The notes under the pieces: model-generated | Told to the model about the DNA's origin: nothing | Database searches by the model: none | The model's input: the letters and a program-made list of their open reading frames with translations, nothing else | Assembly (NCBI GenBank): GCA_050010655.1 | Contig: JBEKKP010000008.1 | Coordinates: forward strand, 2,623 to 66,622 | Length of the DNA: 64,000 nucleotides | Origin: Candidatus Dormibacteria bacterium | GTDB lineage: Bacteria; Chloroflexota; Dormibacteria; Aeolococcales; Aeolococcaceae | Direction of reading: 5' to 3' | Shown: positions 1 to 10,157 of the stretch, piece after piece | Numbering within the stretch: the stretch's first letter is position 1 | Layout: each line of letters starts with the position of its first letter | Position numbers and translations under genes: made by a program

Positions 1-1
1 G

Positions 2-2515
2 GGAGGCGCTGACGGATACGTGAGCCTCGAGGTGCCGCCGTCGCTGTCGCACAACACGGATGCCACCATCGCGACTGCGCGGACGCTCTGGGAGCGGGTC
101 GACCGCCCCAACCTCATGATCAAGATCCCGGCAACGCTCGAGGGCATGCCGGCCATCCATCGGACCATCGCCGACGGGCGGAACGTGAACGTGACCCTGA
201 TCTTCGCGCTCGCAATGCACGAACGCGTGATCGAGCAGTACATCTCGGCACTCGAGGTTCGGCACAAGGACGGTCAGTCGCTCGACGTGCATTCGGTTGC
301 ATCGTTCTTCGTGAGCCGCGTTGACACGCTTGTGGACAAGCTGCTCGAGGAGAAGCTCGCGGCCGATCCGGGAAATGCGCTCATCGAGGGCTTGCTGGGC
401 AAGGCGGCGATCGCCAACGCCGTCCTCGCGTACGAGCTGTTCGAGCAGCGCTTCGGCGGCGAGCGTTTTGCGCCGCTACGCGCCGCCGGCGGCCATGTGC
501 AGCGTCCGCTCTGGGCAAGCACCAGCGCCAAGAATCCCAACTATCGCGACGTGGTCTACGCGGAAGCGCTGATCGGTCCGGACACCGTGGACACAATGCC
601 GCCCGCCACCATCGAGGCCTTCCTCGATCACGGAGTGGTTGCCGGCGACACCGTCAAGGCCGACTACCCGGCCGCGCACCGCGTCATGGACCAGCTCGCC
701 GAGGCCGGCATCGACATGGAAGCCGTCACGCAGAAGCTGCTCGATGACGGCGTGAAGCAGTTCGCAGACTCGTACAACGAGTTGATCCGCGGAATCGCGG
801 AAAAGATCGACACCATGGGTTCTGGATACTCGAAGCGTCAGCACTTCAACACCGGCGCAACCGCAGTAGCGCTCGATACACCCGCGGCGACGGACATCGC
901 GACCGGCATCTGGCATCGCGACCCGAACGTCTGGAAGCCGGATGACGCAGCCGCAGCAGTGGTGATCAACAACCGCCTCGGCTGGCTCGATGTCATCGGC
1001 GCCATGCACGAGCAACTCCCGGCGCTGAAGGCCCTGGCACTCGAGGTTCGTGAGGCGGGGTGGCGCGACTGCATCGTGCTCGGCATGGGCGGCTCGAGCC
1101 TGTGCCCCGAAGTGCTGCGCAGCTCCTTCGGTAGCGCCGAAGGTCAGCCAACGCTCCACGTGCTCGACACCACCGACCCCCTTGCGATCACGCGAGTGAC
1201 GGGCGCAACGGACGCGGCGACGACTGGATACATCGTGTCGAGCAAGTCGGGAACAACGGTGGAGACGCTGTCGCACCTCGCGCATTTCTGGGAGCGCACG
1301 CAAGCCGTCGGTGACGACACCGGCTCACACTTCATCGCGGTCACCGACCCCGGAACAGGACTCGCCAACACCGCGCGCGAGCGCGGGTTCCGGCACTTGT
1401 ACAAGAACCCACCGGATATCGGTGGCCGCTACTCCGCGCTGAGCATGTTCGGCCTCGTGCCGGCGGCAATCGCGGGAATCGACTGCGAGTTGCTCCTCGC
1501 TCGCGCCGCGGATATGCGCCGAAACTGCGCTGCAGGCGTCCCCGGCGACCTGAACAGTGGGTCAGCTCTTGGCACGATCATGGGTGCGCTTCATGACCAG
1601 GGGCGCGACAAGGTCACGATTCTCGCGCCCAAGGAAATCGAGGCGTACTCGTTGTGGGCGGAGCAACTGATCGCAGAGAGCACCGGCAAGGAAGGCAAGG
1701 GAATCATCCCAATCGGTGACGAGCCGATCGGCGCTCCTTCCGTGTACTCCAACGACCGGCTGTTCGTCGCGCTGCGGCTCGGCGACAACGCCAACTTCGA
1801 TCGCTCCGTTGATGAGCTCGAGAGTGCGGGTCATCCGGTGATCCGCTTCGACCTCGTCGACAAGTACGACCTCGCTGCGGAGTTCTTCCGTTGGGAGTTC
1901 GCAACGGCGGTGGCGGGTGCGCATCTCTCCATCGACGCCTTCGACGAGCCCAACGTCAAGGAATCAAAGGACAACACGCAAGCGGTGCTGCAGCAGTACG
2001 AGCAGACCGGATCGCTGCCTGAGGAGGCTGCAGCGGTCACCGACGGCGCCCTGCGCTTCTACGGCGAAGTCACCGGCACGAGCGCAGCCGGGGCACTCGC
2101 TCAACATCTCGACACGGCAAACCCCGGCGACTACGTCGCGCTGATGGCGTATGTCACGCCCGACGACAGCAACTACGCCGCCTTGCAGCACCTGCGCATC
2201 GCCATTCGCGACTCGCGCAAGCTCGCCACCACGCTCGGGATCGGTCCGCGATTCCTGCACAGCACCGGCCAGCTGCACAAGGGCGGCCCGAACACCGGCG
2301 TGTACATCCAGATCACCGCCGATGACGGGACGGACGTCACCATCCCCGGCTCGCCATACACCTTCTCGATTCTCAAGCGAGCGCAGTCGGCGGGAGACCT
2401 CCAGTCACTGCGCAATCACGGCCGGCGCGTCATCCGCGTCCACATCGCGGGCGACCTCGCCGCGGGGCTCGCGAGCCTCACCGACGCAGTCACCGCAGCC
2501 ACGGCGGCGCACTGA
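2..2515 (+). CDS. bifunctional transaldolase / glucose-6-phosphate isomerase (5' end lies outside the window)
   Basis: The frame is open from nt 2 (DGYVSLEVPPSLSHNTD is typical of the transaldolase core). The N-terminal ~270 aa are transaldolase-like and the C-terminal ~550 aa PGI-like (CIVLGMGGSSLCPEVL, SKSGTT). Confidence 0.85.
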   Translation, partial: GGADGYVSLEVPPSLSHNTDATIATARTLWERVDRPNLMIKIPATLEGMPAIHRTIADGRNVNVTLIFALAMHERVIEQYISALEVRHKDGQSLDVHSVASFFVSRVDTLVDKLLEEKLAADPGNALIEGLLGKAAIANAVLAYELFEQRFGGERFAPLRAAGGHVQRPLWASTSAKNPNYRDVVYAEALIGPDTVDTMPPATIEAFLDHGVVAGDTVKADYPAAHRVMDQLAEAGIDMEAVTQKLLDDGVKQFADSYNELIRGIAEKIDTMGSGYSKRQHFNTGATAVALDTPAATDIATGIWHRDPNVWKPDDAAAAVVINNRLGWLDVIGAMHEQLPALKALALEVREAGWRDCIVLGMGGSSLCPEVLRSSFGSAEGQPTLHVLDTTDPLAITRVTGATDAATTGYIVSSKSGTTVETLSHLAHFWERTQAVGDDTGSHFIAVTDPGTGLANTARERGFRHLYKNPPDIGGRYSALSMFGLVPAAIAGIDCELLLARAADMRRNCAAGVPGDLNSGSALGTIMGALHDQGRDKVTILAPKEIEAYSLWAEQLIAESTGKEGKGIIPIGDEPIGAPSVYSNDRLFVALRLGDNANFDRSVDELESAGHPVIRFDLVDKYDLAAEFFRWEFATAVAGAHLSIDAFDEPNVKESKDNTQAVLQQYEQTGSLPEEAAAVTDGALRFYGEVTGTSAAGALAQHLDTANPGDYVALMAYVTPDDSNYAALQHLRIAIRDSRKLATTLGIGPRFLHSTGQLHKGGPNTGVYIQITADDGTDVTIPGSPYTFSILKRAQSAGDLQSLRNHGRRVIRVHIAGDLAAGLASLTDAVTAATAAH

Positions 2516-2546
2516 GCGCAGCCATCACATCGAAGGACTGACCACC

Positions 2547-3479
2547 ATGCAGATCGGCTTTGTCGGGCTCGGCAGGATGGGCGCCAACATGGTGCACCGG
2601 CTCCGTCGCGACGGTGACCACGCAGTTGTCGCATACGATCCCAACCCGGAAGCACGCGCGAGCGTCGAGGCATTCGGCGCCACGACGACGGAAAGCATCG
2701 ATGAACTGATTGCGGCGCTCGACAAACCGCGCGGCGTCTGGATCATGGTGCCTTCAGGAAAGATCACCGACGACACGGTCGCGGCGCTGCAGTCGCTCCT
2801 CGAGAAGGGCGACACCATCATCGATGGCGGCAACAGCAATTACCACGACTCCGTTGCTCGCGCGACGAGCAGCGCCGAGCGGGGCATCAGCTTCATCGAC
2901 GCTGGAACCAGCGGCGGTGTCTGGGGTCTCGAGGTTGGGTACTGCCTGATGGCCGGCGGCGAGAAAGAGAACGTCGACCACTGGCGCCCCATCTTCAACA
3001 CGCTTGCGCCACCCGACGGTTTTCTGCATGTCGGGCCACCAGGCGCTGGGCACTTCGTGAAGATGGTGCACAACGGCATCGAGTACGGGATGCTCCAGGC
3101 GTACGCGGAAGGGTTCGCCATCATGCAGGCGAAGCAGGACTTTGGAGAGCTCGACCTGCATGCCATCGCGCACCTGTGGAACCAGGGGAGCGTGGTGCGC
3201 TCGTGGTTGCTCGAGCTAGCGGAACTCGCTTTTGGGCGTGACCCGCAGCTGGACCAGCTGCGCGGCTGGGTCGACGACTCGGGCGAGGGCCGCTGGACGC
3301 TTGAAGAGTCGATGCAACTCTCAGTGCCCGCGCCCGTGCTCGCGATGTCGCTGATGATGCGGTATCAGTCGCGGCTTCCAGACGGCTTCGGCAACAAGGT
3401 CATCGCGGCGCTGCGCAACGAATTTGGTGGACACGCCGTGAAAGCGGAGACCACCTCGGGGACACCGGCATCACACTGA
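2547..3479 (+). CDS. gnd: 6-phosphogluconate dehydrogenase (decarboxylating), short ~310 aa YqeC-like form
   Basis: MQIGFVGLGRMGANM Rossmann N-terminus, GMLQAYAEGF and FGGHAV motifs; ATG at 2547 preceded by GAAGGA. Confidence 0.85.
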   Translation: MQIGFVGLGRMGANMVHRLRRDGDHAVVAYDPNPEARASVEAFGATTTESIDELIAALDKPRGVWIMVPSGKITDDTVAALQSLLEKGDTIIDGGNSNYHDSVARATSSAERGISFIDAGTSGGVWGLEVGYCLMAGGEKENVDHWRPIFNTLAPPDGFLHVGPPGAGHFVKMVHNGIEYGMLQAYAEGFAIMQAKQDFGELDLHAIAHLWNQGSVVRSWLLELAELAFGRDPQLDQLRGWVDDSGEGRWTLEESMQLSVPAPVLAMSLMMRYQSRLPDGFGNKVIAALRNEFGGHAVKAETTSGTPASH

Positions 3480-3526
3480 CCGCCGAGCACCCACTCCTCG
3501 AACGCCGCCGCGAGCCGCGCACGCCG

Positions 3527-5035
3527 GTGCCATTCTGCGTCGTCATCTTCGGCGCGAGTGGTGACCTCACCAAGCGCAAGCTCGTCCCTGCGCTGTATGC
3601 GCTCGCGTCCGAGGGGGCCCTGCCGGATGGGTTCACCGTTATCGGCGCGGGACGCAGCGATTTCACCGAGGAACAGTTCCTCGCCGACATGCGCGAAGGA
3701 GTCGAGCAATTCGGTCGCGTTCACCTGACCACCGGGGGATGGGACAAGTTCGCCGCTGGTCTGCAGTACGTCGAATACGACATGAATGCGCCGGACGGTT
3801 TCGATGCCCTCAAGCAGGCCCTCGCGAAGGCTGATAGCGAGCGCGGGACCAACGGCAATCACCTCCTCTACTTCAGCACGCCGCCGAATGCGGTCATACC
3901 GCTGGTCGAGCGTCTGCACGCGGTCGGCCTCACGGCGCAGCCGCCCGGGACCTTCGTGCGCGTGATCATCGAGAAGCCGTTCGGACGCGACCTCGCGACC
4001 GCGCGCGAGTTGAACGAGCGCCTGCACACCGCGTTGCTCGAAGAGCAGATCTATCGTATCGACCACTACCTCGGCAAGGAGACCGTGCAGAACCTGCTGG
4101 TCTTCCGTTTCGCCAACGGCATCTTCGAGCCGTTGTGGAATCGCCAGTACATCGACCATGTGCAGATCACCGTGGCGGAAGAGATCGGTGTCGAGGGCCG
4201 TGGCTCGTACTACGAGGAAGCGGGTGCGCTGCGCGACATCGTGCAGAACCACATCATGCAACTCGTCGCGATCATGGGCATGGAGGCGCCGTCGAACTTC
4301 CAGGCCGAGATGGTTCGCGATGAGAAGGTGAAGCTGCTGCGAGCCGTGCGGCCGATCCATCCCGACGACGCGCTCTCGCATTCCGTTCGCGGGCAATACT
4401 CCGCAGGCTTCATCAACGGCGAACCCGTTCCCGGCTATCGCGAGGAGAAAGGCGTCGCCCCCGACTCCCTGCGCGAGACATATGTCGCCATCAAGGTCGA
4501 CATCGACAACTGGCGCTGGGCCGGCACACCCTTCTACCTGCGCACCGGCAAACGACTGCCGAAACGCTCGACGGAAATCGTCATTCAGTTCCGCCGCGTC
4601 CCGCATTCACCGTTCGCGGGCAGCGTGCCGCTCGCCGCTGGCCAGGTGCCCGAGGACGGCATCGATCCCAACCTGCTCATCCTGCGCATTCAGCCCGATG
4701 AGGGCATCACGCTCCGCTTCGGCGCGAAGATTCCCGGCCAGGCGTTGCGCATCGAGTCGGTGAACATGGACTTCATGTACGGCACCGCATTTCAGGAGCA
4801 ATCGCCCGACGCGTACGAACGCCTCCTGCTCGACTGCATGCTCGGCGACCCGACACTCTTCGCACGCGAGGACGAGGTCGAGGAAGCCTGGCGCTTCTGC
4901 ACGGCGATTCTCGACGGATGGCGTGCGCATCCACCCGACCGTACGCACAGCCCCAACTATGCGGCGGGAACATGGGGTCCAGAAGAAGCGCAGGCATTCA
5001 TGGCGCGCGACGGACGCGCCTGGCATATTCCCTGA
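3527..5035 (+). CDS. zwf: glucose-6-phosphate 1-dehydrogenase
   Basis: VIFGASGDLTKRKL, IDHYLGKETVQN and RIDHYLGKE-type motifs; GTG start only 5 codons before the NADP-binding motif (start uncertain). Confidence 0.85.
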   Translation: MPFCVVIFGASGDLTKRKLVPALYALASEGALPDGFTVIGAGRSDFTEEQFLADMREGVEQFGRVHLTTGGWDKFAAGLQYVEYDMNAPDGFDALKQALAKADSERGTNGNHLLYFSTPPNAVIPLVERLHAVGLTAQPPGTFVRVIIEKPFGRDLATARELNERLHTALLEEQIYRIDHYLGKETVQNLLVFRFANGIFEPLWNRQYIDHVQITVAEEIGVEGRGSYYEEAGALRDIVQNHIMQLVAIMGMEAPSNFQAEMVRDEKVKLLRAVRPIHPDDALSHSVRGQYSAGFINGEPVPGYREEKGVAPDSLRETYVAIKVDIDNWRWAGTPFYLRTGKRLPKRSTEIVIQFRRVPHSPFAGSVPLAAGQVPEDGIDPNLLILRIQPDEGITLRFGAKIPGQALRIESVNMDFMYGTAFQEQSPDAYERLLLDCMLGDPTLFAREDEVEEAWRFCTAILDGWRAHPPDRTHSPNYAAGTWGPEEAQAFMARDGRAWHIP

Positions 5036-5036
5036 C

Positions 5037-5783
5037 ATGGCCCCACGGGATCCGCTGAGCGATCTCGCCGGCGAGCGCATCGTGAGCCCGACGCCGCAGG
5101 ACGTCGCGGACTCGGTCGCGCACTGGATTGCGGCGCAAGCCCGCCGCGCAAACGAAGACCACGGGAGCTTCTCGATCGCGCTGTCGGGCGGCAGCACGCC
5201 GCGCCTGCTCAACTCGCTCCTCGCCGGACCCGAGTGGAAGGACCGGATCGAGTGGGCCACGTGGGACGTGTACTTCGCCGATGAACGCGCATGCCCGCCG
5301 GACGACCCGGCGAGCAACTACTCGCTTGCCGAGACCACGCTGCTGACGCATGTGCCGATCGATCCCGAACGCGTGCATCGCATGCAGGCGGAGCGCACCG
5401 ACCTGGACGCGGCCGCTGCGGAGTATTCCGACCTCCTTGCCACTTCCCTGCCAACCGCCAAAAATGGCGCGCCGCAGCTTGACCTGGTGCTCCTCGGGCT
5501 CGGTGAGAACGGCCATACCGCTTCCCTCTTTCCGGGGACACCGGCGCTGGAGGTCACCGATCACTGGGCAACCCGCGGTCTCGCCGATTACTCGCCTTTT
5601 GACCGGATCACGCTGACGTACCCGATGATCAATGCCGCCGTGGCCGTCGGATTCATGGTCACCGGCGCCGCCAAGCACGAGGCGCTCGCGGCCACCGCCA
5701 GGGGCGAAGTGCCGGCCTCCCGCATACGCCCGACCGACGGGATGCTGGCGTGGTTCCTGGACGCGGCTGCCGCGGCAGAGTGA
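5037..5783 (+). CDS. pgl: 6-phosphogluconolactonase
   Basis: SIALSGGSTP, WDVYFADERAC, GLGENGHTASLFPG; ATG lies 1 nt after the zwf stop. Confidence 0.85.
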   Translation: MAPRDPLSDLAGERIVSPTPQDVADSVAHWIAAQARRANEDHGSFSIALSGGSTPRLLNSLLAGPEWKDRIEWATWDVYFADERACPPDDPASNYSLAETTLLTHVPIDPERVHRMQAERTDLDAAAAEYSDLLATSLPTAKNGAPQLDLVLLGLGENGHTASLFPGTPALEVTDHWATRGLADYSPFDRITLTYPMINAAVAVGFMVTGAAKHEALAATARGEVPASRIRPTDGMLAWFLDAAAAAE

Positions 5784-5835
5784 CGGCTCAGAGAATTTCG
5801 GCAGTCCGCTGACCCGCCTCTGCCAGAATCCGCGG

Positions 5836-6540
5836 GTGCCGCGATCGACGTGGAAGCCCTGCCGCGACGCCATCCGGATCGCTCCGAGCCTGCTCGCCGC
5901 CGACTTCGGACATCTGACGAAGGCTGCGCATGACCTCGAGGACAGTGGGGCCGAACGCATCCACGTCGATGTGATGGACGGCGTCTTCGTCCCCAATTTC
6001 ACCTTCGGCACTGACACCGTCCGGGTGCTCCGGCGAGCAACGACGCTGCCGCTCGAACTGCATCTGATGATCGTCAATCCCGACGCGCATCTCGGCACGT
6101 TCGCGAGCGCAGGCGCTGACGCGATCACCGTGCACTACGAGGCGTGCCCAAACCTGCATCGCACGCTCACATCGATTCGAGCACTCGACTGCCGCTCCGG
6201 AGCAGCGATCAATCCCAGCACGCCTGCCTCGATGCTCGACGACGTGCTCGAGTCGTGCGACCTCGCGCTCGTGATGACCATCGATCCCGGGTTTGGCGGG
6301 CAGGCGCTGATACCGCGTACGTTGCGCAAGGTCGAGCACATCCGCGCCGAGGTGCAACGTCAGGGGCTGGACACCGAGGTGGAGGTCGACGGTGGCGTTG
6401 ATGTAACAAACGCGAAGGCGTGCGTCGATGCCGGCGCCAATGTCCTCGTCGCCGGGACTGCGGTCTTCCGGCATACGGGTGGTCCGCACGGTGGTATCGC
6501 AGCGCTGCGCCATGCGCTGGGCGAGGACGGCAGAGGGTGA
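5836..6540 (+). CDS. rpe: ribulose-phosphate 3-epimerase
   Basis: IAPSLLAADF..HVDVMDGVFVPN..DGGV motifs; the only in-frame start after the pgl stop is GTG at 5836. Confidence 0.8.
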   Translation: MPRSTWKPCRDAIRIAPSLLAADFGHLTKAAHDLEDSGAERIHVDVMDGVFVPNFTFGTDTVRVLRRATTLPLELHLMIVNPDAHLGTFASAGADAITVHYEACPNLHRTLTSIRALDCRSGAAINPSTPASMLDDVLESCDLALVMTIDPGFGGQALIPRTLRKVEHIRAEVQRQGLDTEVEVDGGVDVTNAKACVDAGANVLVAGTAVFRHTGGPHGGIAALRHALGEDGRG

Positions 6541-8705
6541 CAGAGCTCGCAACACCCGCACTCGCCGACGGCAGTGCCGACATCGACCGCGCTGCCGCGG
6601 ACCTCGCGGCGCGCCTGCCGTCGCCGCTCGGGCCATTGGCACGCCTCGCGTACAACTACGCCTGGTCGTGGTGGCAGGGCGGAGACGACGTGTTCCGGAT
6701 GATCGACCCGGTGCGCTGGGAAGCGAGCAACCACAACCCGATCCGGTTGCTCGACGAGACATCGTCCGCCACGCTCGAGCGCGCCGCCGGCGATGCAACG
6801 CTGCTCACGAGGTTGACCGAGCTTGTCGGCTCGCTCGACCGTGAGATGGGCCGTCCGGCCATGGACGGCAAGGCGAATGCGCAACGCCCGGTGGCGTTTC
6901 TCTGCGCCGAGTTCGCGGTGCACCGATCCCTGCCGATCTATGCAGGCGGTCTCGGCGTGCTCGCCGGTGACATCCTCAAGGAGGCGTCCGACATGGCGCT
7001 GCCGATGGTGGGTGTCGGCCTCCTCTACCGCCAGGGATATTTCCAGCAGCGCATGGATCGGTCGGGATACCAGCTCGAGTACTGGCTGCAGGTCGATCCC
7101 GAACGAGTTCCCGCCGCTCTTGTCTATAACGGCGACGTGCCCTTGACAGTGACGGTGCCGCTCCGCGGGCGCGACGTCGTGGTCCAGGTGTGGCGGCTCG
7201 ACGTTGGGCGCACGCCGCTCTATCTCCTCGATGCGCAACGCCCGGAGAACTCGGCGATCGATCAGTGGATCACGAGCCGCCTGTATGTGGCGGACCGGCC
7301 GACGAGGCTCGCGCAGTACGCGCTCCTCGGCATCGGCTCGATGCGCGTCCTCGATGCGATGGGCATGGACCCCTGCGTCGTCCACCTCAATGAAGGGCAC
7401 GCGGCACTGGCGCCACTGGAGATCGCGCGCCGCGAGATGGCGCTGGGCCGCTCGCGGCACGAAGCGTTCACCGTCGCACGCGAGCGCACGGTCTTCACGA
7501 CTCACACTCCGGTCGCCGCGGGCAATGAGGGCTACGACGTCAGCGAGATCGTCGAGGTGCTCGGTGATTATCCCGAGCAGGCGGGCCTGGATCTCGAGGG
7601 ATTCCTCCATCTCGGACGCACCCGGCCGGACAACCCCCACGAGCAGTTCGTCATGACGCCGCTCGGCATCAAGATGAGCCGTGCGCGCAACGGTGTGAGC
7701 CGCCGCCACGGTGAGGTTGCCCGCCAGATGTGGCAGTCACTCTTCCCGGAGCGGCCGGCCGACACCGTGCCGATCGGCCACGTCACCAACGGTGTGCACG
7801 TGCCAACGTGGATGGCGCCCAGAATGCGCGAATTGCTGGATCGCTACCTTGGTGCCGGATGGGAGGCGCGCGCCGCCGACGCCGACACGTGGCGCGGCGT
7901 TGACGACATCCCGGATGCAGAGTTGTGGGAAGTGCGCAACGCCTTGCGCGCGGCGTTCGTGCAACACGTCCGGGTGCGCAGTGTGGCCAACCGCCTCGCG
8001 CGCGACGAGCCCCGCTGGTACGTCGAGGCAGCGGAGCACGGCTTCGATGAGCACGCGTTGACCTTCGGCTTCGCGCGCCGCCTCGCCGGCTACAAGCGCA
8101 TCCAGCTACTGACCCTCGACACGCAGCGCGCCTCGAGCGTGTTCGACAACAAGGATCGTCCCGCGCAGATGGTGCTCGCGGGCAAGGCACATCCACAGGA
8201 CGAGGAAGGCAAGCATGCCGCCCAGGGAGTGTTCTCCTTCGAGCGTCAGCCCGGCGCGATGAGCCGGATCGCCTTCCTCGACAACTACAGCCTGTCAACG
8301 GCCGACCACATGGTCGCCGGGTGCGACGTGTGGATCAACGTCCCCAGACCGCCGCTCGAGGCGAGCGGCACGAGCGGGATGAAATCGGCGCTGAACGGCG
8401 GTCTCAACCTCTCGGTGCTCGACGGTTGGTGGGCGGAGGCATACAACGGCACCAACGGATGGGCCATCCCGGGCGACATCCTCTTCGACCATGCGATGCA
8501 GGATTCGCGAGACGCCGCAACGCTGTTCGACATCATCGAGCACGAGGTTGTGCCGCTCTTCTATCAGCGCGACGAGAACGGCATCCCGCGCGGCTGGGTG
8601 GAGCGGATGCGCGCCTCGCTGCGCACCAACGGACCGCGTTTCTCAGCGGCGCGGATGATGCGCGACTACGCGGACGACGTCTACAACCTCACGCCGTCGC
8701 GCTGA
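6537..8705 (+). CDS. glgP: alpha-glucan (glycogen/maltodextrin) phosphorylase, GT35 DUF3417-type
   Basis: AFLCAEFAVHRSLPIYAGGLGVLAGD, SGTSGMKSALNG; GTG start overlaps the rpe stop (GTGA). Confidence 0.85.
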   Translation: MTELATPALADGSADIDRAAADLAARLPSPLGPLARLAYNYAWSWWQGGDDVFRMIDPVRWEASNHNPIRLLDETSSATLERAAGDATLLTRLTELVGSLDREMGRPAMDGKANAQRPVAFLCAEFAVHRSLPIYAGGLGVLAGDILKEASDMALPMVGVGLLYRQGYFQQRMDRSGYQLEYWLQVDPERVPAALVYNGDVPLTVTVPLRGRDVVVQVWRLDVGRTPLYLLDAQRPENSAIDQWITSRLYVADRPTRLAQYALLGIGSMRVLDAMGMDPCVVHLNEGHAALAPLEIARREMALGRSRHEAFTVARERTVFTTHTPVAAGNEGYDVSEIVEVLGDYPEQAGLDLEGFLHLGRTRPDNPHEQFVMTPLGIKMSRARNGVSRRHGEVARQMWQSLFPERPADTVPIGHVTNGVHVPTWMAPRMRELLDRYLGAGWEARAADADTWRGVDDIPDAELWEVRNALRAAFVQHVRVRSVANRLARDEPRWYVEAAEHGFDEHALTFGFARRLAGYKRIQLLTLDTQRASSVFDNKDRPAQMVLAGKAHPQDEEGKHAAQGVFSFERQPGAMSRIAFLDNYSLSTADHMVAGCDVWINVPRPPLEASGTSGMKSALNGGLNLSVLDGWWAEAYNGTNGWAIPGDILFDHAMQDSRDAATLFDIIEHEVVPLFYQRDENGIPRGWVERMRASLRTNGPRFSAARMMRDYADDVYNLTPSR

Positions 8706-8717
8706 GGGCACGCGCTC

Positions 8718-10070
8718 TCAGGTCGGAACAGGCGTCGGGCGTGGCGTGTGGTGCGGCGGGGTCGGACTCGTCGACGGCGTCGCCGTGGGCGTTGCAGTCG
8801 GCGACGGCGCAAACGTGACCGGCATCGTGTTCGGCGCCGCCGTCGGCGTGGGGCCAGGCGTTGCCGACGGCGTTGGCGAGGCCGGCGCGTCACCCGCGGT
8901 GTCGATGGCGGTCGGCACACCCGCGTTCGTCGCGGCGCCTCCGGTCGATGCTGTGATCACCGGCAGCGGCGGCACCGTCGGCGACGGTTGCACGCCCGGG
9001 CCGCCGAGCGCATCCACCGCGAACACGATCATCACCACGAGCGCGGCCACCGCGGCTGCGGCGACCGTCCACACCTTCCACCCCACGCCGCCGGGGCGCG
9101 GGGCATCGGACGCCGTGTCGAACGCAACGCCACGAAGCGGCGCGTCGTCGTCGTCGTCGAGCAACTCGACAGGAGCTGCGGTGGGAACCGGATCGGCGAG
9201 ACGCTCCGCCACGACGACCGCGAGCCAGGCGCGTCCCTGATCGCGCCAGCCAGACCCCAGGAAGGCGGTGCCGGCGACCTCGACATCGCGACGGAACGCG
9301 CCGGCACTGGCGGGACGATCGCGCGGGTCCTTGGCCAGTCCGCGGATCACCAGCTCGCGCGCAAGCAGCGGCACCGCCTCGCTGGGCAGTGCCCCGTGGG
9401 TGTGCTGCACGCCGAGGCCGCTCAGGTCGGTGCCCAGATATGGCGGTCGCCCGGTGACTGCATCGACCAGCACACCGGTGGCCGCATAAATGTCGGTCGA
9501 CACCGTGTGCGGGCGTCCAGCCCACAACTCGGGTGCCATGTATTGCGGGGTGCCGGCCCGCCAGCCTCTGCGGAGTGGCGGGGCGGGGACACCGGCGTCG
9601 CGGAGGATCGCGGTACCGCCCGAGTCGAGCAGCACCGCGTGCGGGGTCACGTCGCGATGGATGACTCCCGCCGCATGCAGCGCCTCGAGTGCGGCAAGCG
9701 TGTCGTCGAAGACCACGAGCGCTGCCGTTGCCGCGAGCGCTCCGGACATATCGACGACGTGACCGAGCGTCACCGCATCCACCCACTCGTAGACGATCGC
9801 GGCGTTCCTGTCATCGAAGGCGATGACTGCGAGGAGGTGCTGGTGGCGGAGCGCGCCCAGCACGCCCATGTCATGGCGGAGCTGGCGGCGATATGCGGCG
9901 TCGGTGGACAGCGCCGGGCTCAGCAGCCGGATGACCACCTGCGCGCCGGTGGCCGTGTCGTGGGCGTCGACGAGCGCACCGGCTCGGTCGATACTGATCC
10001 CCCGATCCAGCGTGTAGCCAGGGACGTGTGTCCGCGACCCGGCAATCTCGTGGCTGCCAGCCTGGTCCAT
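8718..10070 (-). CDS. membrane Hanks-type Ser/Thr kinase homologue, predicted pseudokinase, with Pro/Thr-rich extracytoplasmic tail
   Basis: Kinase-fold motifs HRD and APE (YMAPELW) are present, but the VAIK lysine is replaced by Arg (VVIRLL), the catalytic-loop lysine by Thr (HRDVTPHAV), DFG is DAG, and the Gly-loop is degenerate. A TM helix and a PTPTATP tail follow. Start taken at the internal ATG (MDQAGS). Confidence 0.7.
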   Translation of the reverse strand: MDQAGSHEIAGSRTHVPGYTLDRGISIDRAGALVDAHDTATGAQVVIRLLSPALSTDAAYRRQLRHDMGVLGALRHQHLLAVIAFDDRNAAIVYEWVDAVTLGHVVDMSGALAATAALVVFDDTLAALEALHAAGVIHRDVTPHAVLLDSGGTAILRDAGVPAPPLRRGWRAGTPQYMAPELWAGRPHTVSTDIYAATGVLVDAVTGRPPYLGTDLSGLGVQHTHGALPSEAVPLLARELVIRGLAKDPRDRPASAGAFRRDVEVAGTAFLGSGWRDQGRAWLAVVVAERLADPVPTAAPVELLDDDDDAPLRGVAFDTASDAPRPGGVGWKVWTVAAAAVAALVVMIVFAVDALGGPGVQPSPTVPPLPVITASTGGAATNAGVPTAIDTAGDAPASPTPSATPGPTPTAAPNTMPVTFAPSPTATPTATPSTSPTPPHHTPRPTPVPT

Positions 10071-10157
10071 GCAGTGCCAGTATGCCGTCACAAAAGCGCG
10101 GTGGAGTGGAATCCGCGCACGGGAGGGAGCACCACAGGGCCGTAGAATGGCCGGGCA

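Noticed and set aside
8748-10145. 465-aa plus-strand ORF and 298-aa minus-strand ORF (8890-9786), both rich in Arg/Gly/Arg-Arg runs
   Set aside because: They lie antisense to, or frame-shifted within, the Ser/Thr-kinase-homologue gene. The Arg-rich composition is typical of non-coding frames in high-GC DNA, and no domain was recognised.
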